In this document: in pieces, positions 23,668-35,883 of the stretch
Layout of the letters: each line of letters opens with the position of its first letter
Position numbering within the stretch: the first letter of the stretch is position 1
Assembly (NCBI GenBank): GCA_002269645.1
Contig: NIVC01003803.1
Location: 12,146 to 76,145 of the forward strand
Direction of reading: 5' to 3'
Length of the DNA: 64,000 nucleotides
Source: Macrostomum lignano
Lineage: Eukaryota
Made by a program: the position numbers and the translations under genes
The notes under the pieces: generated by a model
What the model saw: only the letters and a program-made list of their open reading frames with translations
What the model was told of the DNA's origin: nothing
Databases searched by the model: none

Positions 23668-24064
23668 CTGTTCAGACTTCATGTGGCCGCCAAAGTCCAG
23701 AGACTGCTGTTGAAGCCCGAGACTGGCGCCGCTGCCGCCGGGGCCGGAAGCTCCGACGGGCAGACCGGAAGTGACGGCAGCAGTGGCGGCGGCGGCAGAT
23801 GAGCTGCCAGCTCCGCCAATGTCGCTCTGCCGATGGTGATGAAAAGAAGACACGTGATGCGAACCGGACATTGCGCCGGCAGTCACCGGCCTACTGCTAG
23901 CGGCGCCTTCAATCGCCTGTTGAAGACAATCGCCGAATTCTTGCAGGATTGCGCGCTCCTGAGCGGCTGGCAGGTCTTCGGCTTTGTCAGCGAGATCGGC
24001 CCTGTTCACCAGGCAGGAGGCGACGCCTTCCAGCACCGGCTTGGTCAGAAAGTCGGCCACCGTG
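23668..24064 (-). CDS. LIN54: LIN54-like exon 2 (conserved C-terminal helical region); may instead read through to TGA at 23644
   Basis: gtcag|C completes AAC; FLTKPVLEGVASCL...ERAILQEFGDCLQQAI matches the LIN54/tesmin tail; donor candidate CAG|GTGGTT. Confidence 0.85.
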
Positions 24065-24084
24065 CTGACGGGGTGGTGAGGGTT

Positions 24085-24435
24085 AGGGCGATTCTCAATG
24101 ATATTTTAGGGGCGATTCTCAATGATATTTTAGGGACGATTCTCAATGAGACTTTAGGGGCGATTCTCAATGATATTTTAGGGACGATTCTCAATGAGAT
24201 TTTAGGGGCGATTCTCAATGATATTTTAGGGACGATTCTCAATGAGATTTTAGGGGCAATTCTCAATGATATTTTAGGGACGATTCTCAATGATATTTTA
24301 GGGGCGATTCTCAATGATATTTTAGGGACGATTCTCAATGAGACTTTAGGGGCGATTCTAAATGAGACTTTAGGGGCGATTCTCAATAGTTTATTGGGTG
24401 CGAAGCGATTCTCAATGGTTTATTGGGGGAGATTC
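24085..24435 (+). repeat. 24-bp minisatellite (GGGGCGATTCTCAATGATATTTTA), LIN54 intron 1
   Basis: About 13 units. Confidence 0.95.
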
Positions 24436-24485
24436 TCAAGAGCTGCAAATCCCAGACAAAAAGGAAACAAGGGCCCCACTCTCAC

Positions 24486-25186
24486 TTGTCAGTCGGGCGC
24501 TCATTACGGCGGTAGCCAGTCTCCGGCGGCGCCGTCTTATTCGTGGCCTCCATAAACTTGTTCAAGCAGCGCCGGTGCACGCTCTCCTCAGTGTTCTTGC
24601 AGCCCTGGCAGCGGCACATGTTAGTGCAACTAATCTTGGCCTCAAAGCATTCGCAATAGTTTTTCAGGCAGCCGCTTCGCTTACAGTTGCAGCCTTTGTT
24701 GTGCCGGCGTTCGCCTTCGCCTTTGCCAATTTTCGGATGAAATGCGAATGGATTTCGATTGAGCACAGATTTAATAGCCTTCTGCCTGACCTGCTCAAAG
24801 TCCAGATTATTCATGCAACCATTGCAATTGCAGTTATGGCACAGCTGGCCCTCAGAGAAGCATTCGCAATAGAGCTTCAAGCAGTGGCTCTTGTTGCAAT
24901 TGCAGCCGCGAAACTCCCCGGATGGTTGACCTGAGGCGGCTGCGGCGGTGTTGGCCTGATAGAAATTTCTAGGAATCCTGGGCTCAGACCGTTTCCTAGA
25001 CAGAGAACCATAGGAGATCGGATTGTAAATTGCCTGCTGCTGCTGTTGCTGAGGCGTCTGCTGCAGATGGTGGATACCAGAGCCAGAGGCATCCGACATC
25101 ACCATGTACTGCAGCTGACCATCGGACTCATCTGCTAGTACCATACTAGGCCGGATAATTTCACTGTGCTGCACTAAGCGCTGCAT
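24486..25186 (-). CDS. LIN54: LIN54/tesmin (Mip120)-like MuvB subunit, exon with two CXC (CRC) domains. Model: complement join 25186-24486, 24064-23668, 20490-20104, 19075-18296 (2265 nt, in frame)
   Basis: [17 protein letters not shown]...CNCNGCMN...[10 protein letters not shown]...[26 protein letters not shown]...CRCQGCKN; donor AA|GTGAGA. Confidence 0.92.
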
Positions 25187-25797
25187 TGTTGCTTTTACAA
25201 TTGGCGATTATCTTTGATCAACTGATTGAGTAAAGATTGATAGCTTTTTGGCTGAGACTAGTTAACCATGAATACAATGATTATTTGTTAATTACCTGTA
25301 GAATATATGAAACTGATTGATCACATAATTAGCAACAAATAATTCTGCCCATTCTACTGACTTTTAAGCACATATATATGGTGTACAATGGCTTTGTATC
25401 CTAAAGTGTGTCAAAACAAAGTACAGGTATATAATTACTTATACAATTTCTATTATTTATTTATATATTAGAAAGCAAAAAATAGTTAAAAGAGCAATTT
25501 AACAAAAATTATAATAAAAGTTTATATATTAGCAAATATTTCATAAGGTAAATTTATTTATATACAATGTTAAAAAAATCAAAGTCAAACCATAAAATAT
25601 CAAAATCAAGGGTTTAAAAATAACATTGTCTATTCTAAATTAAGGAGAATTCTTCCTATTAACCATTTTATACATGCACAACCTCCAAAATTCAGTCAGC
25701 CATGCGACTTTTTTTAAACAAAAAATGCAACATTGTTTTTGGCCAAAGATGCGACTTACATGTAGAAGAAACCCTAAGGCAAAATTAACACAACTTT

Positions 25798-25849
25798 GGG
25801 TAAACGGCGGGAGTAACTATGACTGTATATTGCCTCGTTATCTACGTAG
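25798..25849 (+). repeat. 28S rRNA-derived fragment, copy B (centre deleted)
   Basis: 27-nt GGGTAAACGGCGGGAGTAACTATGACT identical to recalled 28S, then GTATAT, then TGCCTCGTTATCTA. Confidence 0.85.
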
Positions 25850-26030
25850 TACTACTTTGGTATTTATTCAGGTGGGCATTTTTGCGACTTTCCTTGATTG
25901 GCCGCCTGTTGCGCATTTATGAATCATTTCATTTTTCTCTCAATCAATTTTCTTTCATCTAAACAATACCCACTATTGGTAGAAAGGATAGAACAACAAT
26001 GCACTTGTTAAGGGTCTAACTTAATTACCT

Positions 26031-26400
26031 ATCTATACCTAAAAAATAAAACTCCCTCTCCCTCTATGTGTATATATACTCGTACAATGTGTTTGCTAAG
26101 GACTCCCAAACCACTTAACCAAATGTCACCAAATTTTGCATGTACCCTAAATGCACATCTCACTACAGAGAATGTCTATACTATATAAAAATTTCTTAAA
26201 TTCAATTTTTTGTATGTAAAAAAAGCAAAAACTGCTTAAAAGACATGATTTTTTTTCCCAATTCTCCATAGCATTGTTCTACTTATACCTTTTACCAATC
26301 CTACTAAAATTTGACACAACAATATTAAACTATTGTGATGCAATCATACAAACTTTGTCTCAAAGTTAATCCTAAATGGCATTATGCACTTTTAAACTTT
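26031..26400 (-). mobile_element. Helentron/DINE-1-like non-autonomous fragment
   Basis: Inverted partner of ~29980-30543 (GGTTTGGGAGTC...TATAGAT terminus; AAATTTG...CAAAATT motifs); class assignment is by recalled resemblance only. Confidence 0.45.
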
Positions 26401-28539
26401 GTCTAGTTTCTGTCAGCCTATTAACCACTCCAACCTCTGCCTCTCTCTTTCCTTTATCTGGCTAGTATAAAAAGGTAGTAAGAAAATAAATGCTAACAAA
26501 AACATATAATACAATTTTTCTTTTCAGCCAATGCATTTTGTCAATCATAAGATATTGTTAGGGCCAATTCAATTCAACTCAATGCAATACACTCATTATA
26601 TTTAAAAGCAAACTGTATAGTCCAAAGGCAAGTCAAGACAATCTGGTAGAATTTGAAGAGAGTCTAAGTATAGAATGAAGGGAAGGAGAGAAAATAGACA
26701 TGACACTGCTCATAGTACTCTGAGCTCACATTCTACCCCATTGCTAGCTAGCTACATATTCAAGTTGGGTTTGTGCATTCTGATATATTTCAATAATAAT
26801 CTTGAGCTTATGGTCAAATTTGCACCTATCTAACACTTTGAAGAGCTAAATTGGTTCACTGTCACATTTTTACAAACAAGCAGATGGTCATTAATTGCAG
26901 AGCTTTTTAGCCAATGTTCCCTAGCTCTAATGTGCAGGTGTTGCTTTGTTTTTCCAATACAAGAAATGCCTTGATCTTCAGAGTAGCAAAATTGGTAAAC
27001 AACACCAGCCCTACACTTTAGAACAAGTGGAACAGCTGACTTAAGCCTATTAGCATAGCAGCCAATCTTTTCAGTGCAAAAAAACAGTCTAAACAGTGCA
27101 TTTAAGCCATTAGCTAAATGTTTTTTTCAATTTTTTTTCTCGAAGTCAAGAAAAATGCCACAAAAAAGAACCATCACAGCATCCCTGGAGTTCCTGGGAC
27201 TTTCCTAGGACTAACCTTTTTTCTCCTCAATCTTGTTTTCTCTCTTTATCTTCAATAAAAATTTAGACAATTTTTATCTTAAACAAAACAAAAGGAATAG
27301 AAAAAGAAAGATATAAGCAAAAAGAAAGGTGAGAGGAGAGGAAAAATAAGATAGAAAAAGAGTAAAAAAGGAGAAAAGTCTAAAGATCCTAAATCATAAT
27401 TTAATATGCAATTTTATTTATCCTCATCCTAACTATTAATAACTATTTATTTGAGCATGATTTTAGATTTAATAATATATGCAAAATAGTTCTAAGGCTT
27501 AGAAATTAGCAGCTTCAAAATCTATTAGAATGTTATATAAAGCTGTTATTATATTTTGATCATACATTGGAACTTTTACACCATAGAGATAGAAGCAAAG
27601 AATGATCTTATCTAATTTTATGATGACTTTATAGAATAGGCACTATATGTTTCAATAGCTTATATAGGCCTTATATAGAATAAAAAGCAAATATAAATTA
27701 TAAAAAAAGATTTTTTTACAAGTAATAGCCTACTGTTTTAGTCTTATTAAGGCCTTATACAATATATCTAGCTTTTATTAAGATAATAATAGGCCTACAT
27801 AATATAATTTTATATGGACATTAGACAATAAAATATACTATAGAATATAGAGGAAACAATATAGTAAATTAGGCTCCTAGGTCTATTTTTTCCATTCTTA
27901 ATCAACTTTATATAGCTTTTATATATTATACATATAGGCCTATTATGTATATTAGATTAAATTTAAATTATGACAAAATATTTACTAGACCTATCTTTAT
28001 TTTAAATTAGCAATTTAGATTTATTACCTCCAATCAAGAAAATAACTTTTAATATACTAGAATAAACCTGTGCCCTATATATATTAATTACAAGAGGAAA
28101 AAATTCAAAGTCATTAGTATGTAGCAAAACAAAATATTTTTCTATATTTCCTAAATACACTTTGTCTTTAAACTAGTTTAGGTCTATACTATTAGGTGTA
28201 TACACAATATTACAAGCTGTTGAAACCCACGGATTTTGAACCCAAGGAATTCCAATCCCTGGAACTACTTTTGCATGTATTCTGAAATCTAAGGCCATAC
28301 ACAAACAAAAACTTGTTAATAGTTAATAGGATAGAGGTAGACATAAAATGGAGCACATTTGTGTAAAATTAGGGTTTGAGGCAAACATTGATCTTGTTGG
28401 CTGGGGTACTGCACAGAATGTCAGGCAATGTCTGTTTGACTCTAAAACATGTATTTGCAAAATCTGGCCTCTCCTGACTCTCCCTATGTCCTTTGGATCC
28501 TTTAAAATTTCTATCGCCTCTTCTGTTTCTTCTCTTCTC

Positions 28540-28577
28540 TCTTGTCCCTTGTCTCTCCTCTCTCCCCTCTTCTCTTG

Positions 28578-28647
<70 letters not shown>

Positions 28648-29320
28648 GCTCTCTCTCTTTCTCTCTCTCTCTGTCTGTCTTTCTTTCTCCATTTTCCTCT
28701 TTCCTCTCCTCTCTCCTCACTCACTTCTTTACCTTCGTCTCTCCTTTCTCCTCTCGTCTTTGTAATCTTTCCTCTGTTCTCTCTACTCTCCCATCTTTCA
28801 TCTGTTCACTCTCATCTCTGCTCTCTCATCCTCCTTTTTAATCTGGCATCTCTGTCTTATATGTTCTCTCACCTCTCTCCTCTGTACTCTTTTCTTTCCC
28901 CTCTTTTGACTCCTTACTTTCCTTTCTCCTTTCTTCTTTTCTCTTCTCTACCCTTTTCTATACTCTGCCTCCCTCTCTTCTCTCTCTCTCTCTCCACTCC
29001 TCTCTCCTTTATCTCTCATCTCTCCTTCCACCTTTCTCATCTCTACAACCTTAAAGATGTAGAGATATATCTTTGTCTCTTCTCTCTTCCCTTTACTCTC
29101 TCATCTCTTCTTTCACCACTTTCCTCTCTGCTGTCTTTTCTCTCCTCTCATCTGCAGCTCTCTGCTCTCTCATCTCTACTCTCTCCCCTTTTCGTCCTCT
29201 CTCTCTCATTGTCCTCATCTCTCATCTCTCCTATTATCTTTTATCAGTTCTTTTATCCCCTCTTGTCGCCTCTCCTCTTTTCGAATTGTCTGTTCCTTCT
29301 TTTTTCCACTTTCATCTGCC
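28540..29320 (+). repeat. (CT)n microsatellite within a pyrimidine-rich low-complexity tract
   Basis: Pure (CT)n at ~28580-28645, degenerate flanks. Confidence 0.95.
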
Positions 29321-29979
29321 TTTCAGCTATGAGCTGGATTCTTTATCTGGCCTTTGAGGTAAAATTCTGCCCATCACTGCTTGGAAAGCCAGTTTGTGGG
29401 ACATAGTACTCTCATGGTTGTTCTCATGCTTTGATCACATCATCTTTCTTGCCAATTTGCAGCCCTGAAAGGAATGTGTATCTTCAGCTCCACTGCAATT
29501 TGCATCAGTCTAACAACCAAGGAAATATGCATTTCTTAGGAGGCCATTTAAAATTTACGCAATACCTTTAAAAGAAACCTAAAATTTCTATGGTGTGCCT
29601 AATTTAGTAGGGTTGTATTGCATTGCATCACATCGCCTTTTTATAAATCTTTTGCTTTTACAAACCATGCTGGATTCCCTTGATTTGCCAATTGCCATCC
29701 ACTGTTAAGCTTCTGCAAAGTTTGCCAATATAGAGGGGAAGGTAGTGGTTAGAATTTCTCACTAAACTGTTATAGATAGCTAAACGTAGCCTCTCTACTC
29801 TTAGGTTGCAGAGAAGGCTATAAATAAAGTTATTCCAAAACACTGTACATTTGCTATGTACATTTAGTCCTATTGCCCAACCCTTTGTCTGGCTCTGGAG
29901 GAATGAATGAGTAAAGTGGCACAAACAACAGAAAAAGCATACAAACTTTACACGCTTACAGTTTTTCTGAATGAGTTAC

Positions 29980-30543
29980 AGAGTTGTAACTTTACATTTT
30001 GACAGAGAATGAGTCAATGAAGAATTGTGTCAAGTTTGAAGTTGATCGCTTCATGTGGAGCAAACTTATGGCAGCTGAAAGTTAGTCAATTTTGAAACCC
30101 TTTTACATATCTGGGCCTAGATTAGGATTGGGAAAGAGAGGCAGGTGGGCGGAGGTTGGGGTGGTTGCTATGCTGAAAAAAACAGCCTAACTTTAAAAGT
30201 GCACAGCACTGCTCAAGATTAACTTTGAGACCCAAAATTTTACATGATTGTGCCAAAATAGTTGAAGATTGTCTGTGTCAAATTTGAAGAGAATCAATAG
30301 AAGTGGAGTGGCACTATGGAGGATTTAGTGAAAAAATTGCGCATTTTAAGCAGTTTTTTGTACTTTTAGGTAGGAAGACTTGAATCTAGGAAATTTAAAG
30401 GTAGCCTAAGACATTCTCCATAGTAAGTTTAGGGTGGGTGTAAAGTTTGGTATAATTTGGTTGAGCGGTTTGGGAGTCTATAGCAATTAAAATTGTCTAC
30501 AGACAGACAAACAGATACAGAGTTTTGATTTTTACATATAGAT
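29980..30543 (+). mobile_element. Helentron/DINE-1-like non-autonomous element
   Basis: Ends GGTTTGGGAGTCTATAGC...ACAGACAGAC...TTTTTACATATAGAT next to a T-run. Confidence 0.45.
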
Positions 30544-30659
30544 TTTTATGCAATATTTAAAAAAATATATATTTAATTTAAAACATCCACTGAAAAAAGT
30601 TTTGTGACAATAAGTCAATAGTGATTCAAAAGGCAAAGTAGTTTTGCACTTGAATAGGC

Positions 30660-30898
30660 GGTGTAGGACCAAGACCGCCACACACCAAGACCACCACACT
30701 TGGGGAGCTAAGGGAGAAATTTGAATTTATGTGTTATTAGATAGTGCTAGAGAGGAGATGAGTGGGTAGGAGAGCCAGCAGTGAGAAAAGAACCTATGAG
30801 AGGAATAGCACTGCTAGAAGATTGGTAGCTCCCCCTCAATACCAGTAGCCAGTAATAGCTGTGGTGGTCTTGGTGTGTGGCAGTCTTAGTCATGCGCC
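30660..30898. mobile_element. MITE, 239 bp, with ~45-bp TIRs and an 8-bp TSD
   Basis: GGTGTAGGACCAAGACCGCCACACACCAAGACCACCACA / inverse at 30859-30898; TSD GAATAGGC at 30652 and 30899. Confidence 0.85.
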
Positions 30899-32625
30899 GA
30901 ATAGGCCTATGAATGATCATGAGCATTATTTATGATCCCTAGCCTCATCCCAATTCTATGATGATAACACATTTGCTGTCTTGTTGCAAGGTTTATAACT
31001 TAACTTTGAATTTTATGTTTAGGCCTATGTATAGTCAAGTCAATGTTTTTTGGGTTGTAAAATAATATGTTTAGATATACTTGTACTTTTAAAAAATGAG
31101 TTTATCTTTACTTTTAAAGTATTTTTAAGATATATAGTCCAGATATTTTGTTTAGACTGACATTATATTTGATATTTTGTTGACAAACAAAATGACTGCA
31201 TCATATTTTTGTAGACAAAAGTGGCAAACAAACTAATAGCAGACAAAATAACTTTCAACTAGTAATAGTAGGCTAATAGCAATCTGGGAAATCAGCTCAA
31301 GTACCTGCAAGTCATCAATAAGAAAAAAAGAATAAAAAAGCTAATAAAATTTTTAAAAATGACATAGGCCCCTAATGATAGTGGGCATCAATAAAAGTAA
31401 GTTGAGCCAAGGTAAGGTATAGTATAGGCCTAGCAAAAAAGTTAGGGGCATACTTAGTCTTAGGTAGGCTGCATAGCCTAAAGGTAGATAGGCCTAATAA
31501 AAAAAATTAAAATAGGCCCCCTATTATAACTCACTAAAATTAATTGCCCATCTCCATAGGCCTAGCATAGGCATAGGCCTAGGGAGCCTAGCCTAGGTAG
31601 GTCTAGTCATCTAGGGTTGGCTAGGCTAGGCCTTAACCTACATCACCTACTCTATGTAAATCTAAGGAGAATGTCTACTTTTTAAGTTTGGGCCCAAATT
31701 TTTTATGAACTTGCATACAGAAGCACGTGCAAATAAGTCAGTCAGTTCATGAAAAACTAAGCAAAGCAACGCTAGGGTCGACCTCACTTGGCACTTTAAA
31801 CCTGAGAATGCTAGGCTACAGTCGTGATCTGGGTTAGACAGACACAGGCAGACTTCAAACTTCACTTTTCAAAGGTGACACAGCAAAACTTATAGCCTTC
31901 AATCAATTACGAAAAATTTGGGCAATCATTGGTCACAAAAGCAAATTGGCGCCGGCGGGAAAACAAAAATAAGGGAATAAAAATAGTTCGTTTACACTAT
32001 TGTCGTCTTGAAAATAGCTTTTTAAACAAAACAGACAGTTTAAAAAACTTTTAAAACGTCCTAAAATGCATGCTATGTTTCTCATTGTGAAAAAGGTATA
32101 AAGAAAAATCTAGATGAATTATCTTATATTGTATTTACAAAATTTAAAACTGGCAATCGAACTTTCATATTTATGATGACAACGTTCGACGCGTTCATAA
32201 ATTAATTGATATGATTGCTTTCTTGTTTTGCTGGGATTATGATTAAATGAGAAATGCTGCTCAAGCAAGCCTTGTCACTGTTTTCCTGCAATCTAATTAA
32301 TAATCTGACTATCCTTTTCTTTCTTTTCTGAATTTCACTTGACTAGCGCGATAGCGCAGCGCCTAGGGCTAGGGTAGGCCTAGTTAGGCCTATAGTAGGG
32401 GTCTAGCATCTCACTCTCACTGCATCTGTCGATTTATGTGAATCTGTACCTTTTTGACTCTTTAACTAGACTTGCTGTTATACACGTTAGGCCCTAGGCC
32501 TACTTAGATTAAATATTATGGCTAGGGGGGCTATCCTGCAGAATTGTTTGTTAAACTCACTGTATGCATATTTTTTAGCTATTGACATGAAGCTTGCAAA
32601 AAATGAATATTTTCATTATGCCAAC

Positions 32626-32820
32626 CAGGGGTGTAGGGAGGGGGGATAGGGGGGATATATTCCCCCGAAGAGCCTGACCAAAACTTTTTTGTTGCCTTTG
32701 TTGCTATACATGCTACCATGTGACTCTGTCATAGCACTTTTACCTTGGTGTAGGCCTATCCCCCATAGAAAATTCACCTTGGTGTATCCCTCCTGTAGGA
32801 AATTCCTGGCTATGCCCCTG
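32626..32820. mobile_element. hAT-type MITE, 195 bp
   Basis: CAGGGGTGTAG / CTATGCCCCTG termini; perfect 8-bp TSD ATGCCAAC. Confidence 0.88.
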
Positions 32821-33260
32821 ATGCCAACATTTTAGAAGTGTTTAGGCATTAAAATTATATGATTCTGCAGGATAGGCCTAGCTGATATTATTTCTATTAG
32901 TAAAATCTTAATTAAAACAAATAATTTAAAGCTAGGCCTAGGCCCTAGCTGCCTCAAGTTAGAGCTAGGGCTAAATAAATGCTCTTTGCCTCTGAGTCTA
33001 TAATTATATAATGTTAGCCATTTGCTCCCTAGGCTATGACTAGATACAAATACAAGTAAACAACTTAGTCTTTAACTCAATGGTCTCAACCCTTTGATTG
33101 GTTCCCACTTGGCCAAAGCCAAAAAGGCAATTAACTTAATGTAGCTAGGCCTAGTTAGGCATATAATTTATTATTTATATAGCTAGCCATAGTGCCAGCT
33201 ATGGAAATTCACACTGAAATTCACACAAACTTTGCTCTGCGCATGGATCCTCTATGGTAA

Positions 33261-34051
33261 GGCTCATTCCATATAAGATGAACATTTTTGGAAAATAGAA
33301 AAAAGTCAATATTTTTGCTTGCCATTGCCTTATCAGCCAATTTTTTTTACCAAATGTTTTTTATGTGTAATATCTACAATCTAAGAATAAATAAATGATA
33401 AAATGTTGGATTAGTATGTTATCAAGTGGCAAAAAGTCATTTTTGTAAAAATTTGGACATTTTTCTAAGCAAAAGACATCATTAAGTTTGTGTACCTTTT
33501 AAAAATAAATAGAAAGCTTTGGAAGGTTGAAACAAACTATAGATAAAAGTATAGTACTTGCATCATCAGATAAAAGTATTGGTGACCAAATAATCTATAG
33601 ATTATATTTTTAATATATTGGTACCTCAAAGTTACTGAATTGACAGAAAAAAATATGTTACGACCATAATGTTACGACCATAAGGCTGCCTTTTCTTTTG
33701 TATCATTGTTGCCTTTTGAGTTTATATATTCTACAAAAAGAGTATGATTACTGAAGATGTTGTTAGTCAAATTTTAAAAAATGTATTGCAAAATATCAAA
33801 AATAAAAAATGTTATAAGACTTTTACCTTTTAGTTTCTATATGTCAAAAATCCTGTTGTTACGACCATAAGTGCCATTCAAGGTTTAATAGCATCTATAC
33901 TAATGATGATATCTACATGAAACTCTATAAAAATATTCTTGACAAAATTATCTTTCATTTAAATATTGGTTTAGTATATTCTATTATTATATTTTATTTT
34001 ATAAGTAAAAATAGTCTGTCATGTTACGACCATGCTTATATGGAATGAGCC
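33261..34051. mobile_element. Non-autonomous DNA transposon, 791 bp, with a 4-bp TSD
   Basis: Perfect 17-bp TIR GGCTCATTCCATATAAG; GTAA on both flanks; internal GTTACGACCATA repeats. Confidence 0.8.
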
Positions 34052-34986
34052 GTAAGCAAAATGACAGTTTTGACCATTAGAGAGATTGCTGACAGGTTGG
34101 ACAAGCCAAAATCAACAATTCATCAAAGCTTACTTGGCATGGATCTCATGAAGCTCAGCCTATAATTTGTGTAACTCAATGGTACAGGTACAGTTATTTT
34201 AATGGGTATAACTTTTGTTCTCTGGATCAATTTTTAAAATTCAAAAAGCAGTTTGTAGAGGAGATTTTCTACTATCAGTTCATAAAATTTCAAATCACCA
34301 GAAGCTAGGCCCTATAGAATGAGAGCTACAGTTAAAAATATCACTATTTTTTTGGATACCCTCATACAAACATCTCATTTTTAGTATTATGGATTTATAC
34401 AACTGTCTAATGTGAAATGAATGTGCTTTAATTTGCTTACTAAACTGAACTTTTGAAAAAAATAATTCAAGCATTCTTTTCACTTTATTGTATTAGGGCT
34501 TGCTAATCCTTCTGATACAGATGCAAGTTGTATAGATTAGATGGCCATAAACTTTTTTCCTATTTGTAACCTAGACAGAAAGTTATCGCAAGGCAACTAA
34601 GCAACAGCTATATCTTTTTTTGCTAAATAATTATATTTGAGGATTTGCAAAATGAAAGACTAAATAAATTGTTTATGTATTTTATATTATTTTGCTGTAA
34701 AATTGTCAGATAATTTTAAGACCTTTAGGTGCTAATGATTTTTAGTTTCTTTATTGTTTTATTTTAGCAATGCATAAAAATGCATATGCCAAAACACAAA
34801 AATTAACTAAATATAGCAAGACAAATAGAAAAAAAAATAGAAGAAATAAATAAACACTAGCTATTGAAAATAAATCAAAAGAGATAAGGAGCATTAAATA
34901 GTTAAAGCTAGGGAGAGAAAAGAAAGGCATGCTATTACCTGCTTCAAATATTGCTTTAAACAGTTAATTCTTTTTTGCAGCATCAA

Positions 34987-35094
34987 ATGGAGCACAGCCT
35001 TAGAATCTGTTCAATCGATGTGGTTACAGAGGCTAATCAGAACAATTTTCTATTGCCTCGTCAAGTGGCTGTGGATATTGATGATGACTTAACA
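34987..35094 (+). CDS. GGNBP2: Gametogenetin-binding protein 2, exon 1. Model: join 34987-35094, 35611-35877, 36982-37475, 38739-39117, 39899-40303, 40610-41068 (2112 nt)
   Basis: ...PRQVAVDIDDDLT resembles GGNBP2 RRQIPLYIDDTLT; ACA|GTGAGT donor; absent from the ORF track. Confidence 0.8.
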
Positions 35095-35129
35095 GTGAGT
35101 AAATTTAGTAATAAAACTTTTTTGTCACT

Positions 35130-35490
35130 TTAGGTCCTTCAAGGGTTATCTTTAGGAATCCTCAGCTGTTATCTTTGGGATCTTTAGTGGGTATTTTAGG
35201 GACCTTCAGTAAGTATCCTTAGACCTTCGGTGCATATTTTTGGGACCTTCAGTGGGTATCTTTCAGATCATCAGATGGTATCTTTGGGACCTTTAGTGGG
35301 TATTTTGAGACCTTCAGTGTGAATATTTAAGAGTATCAGTGGGTATCTTTAGGACCATAAGTAGACCTATCTTTAGGACCTTCATCAGTGGGTATATTTG
35401 AGATCATCAGATGGTATCTTTGGGACCTTCAATGAGTATCTTTGGGACCTTCAGTGGGTATTTTGGGGACCTTCATTTGGTATCTTTAAG
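35130..35490 (+). repeat. ~22-bp minisatellite (CAGTGGGTATCTTTGGGACCTT), GGNBP2 intron 1
   Basis: About 15 degenerate units. Confidence 0.85.
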
Positions 35491-35610
35491 TTTTCATAAA
35501 GCATGGGTACATTATCGCCCTGTCATTCCTGTAGTAACTTGAAAAGCCTTAAAATGCTTTGAGTTGAACCTCACTAAACCTCAATTATTTTATTTCGATT
35601 TTCCATTCAG

Positions 35611-35877
35611 GTCACCATGCAGCTGTGCGACACCAGACTGTTCAATCTGGCTTACGCCTCGTCGCCAGCCGGTCAAGACGATACCGGCGTTGCCGCCTTC
35701 AAAGAAAAATTTAATCTGTTCACGCAGAAAGAGCTGGCTGACTCGCTGATGGGCAGCTCGGACGATTTGGGCAGCGCCGCAATCTCCGTTATTGGCTGCG
35801 TCGGCTGCAGACGCGCTGTTGAAGCCTTCCTGGGCCATGTTGGAGAGACTGGGGAGCCGGCGCTGGACCCCGTGCAG
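35611..35877 (+). CDS. GGNBP2: GGNBP2 exon 2
   Basis: IGCVGCRRAVEAFL...GEPALDPV; cattcag| and CAG|GTTAGT. Confidence 0.9.
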
Positions 35878-35883
35878 GTTAGT

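Noticed and set aside
25798-25849. True rRNA gene
   Set aside because: Only ~50 bp match, with the centre deleted and no flanking rDNA
28323-29406. RE-rich and SL-rich ORFs
   Set aside because: Translation of a (CT)n low-complexity tract
35213-35220. U12-type 5' splice site GTATCCTT
   Set aside because: Lies inside an intronic minisatellite, not at an exon boundary
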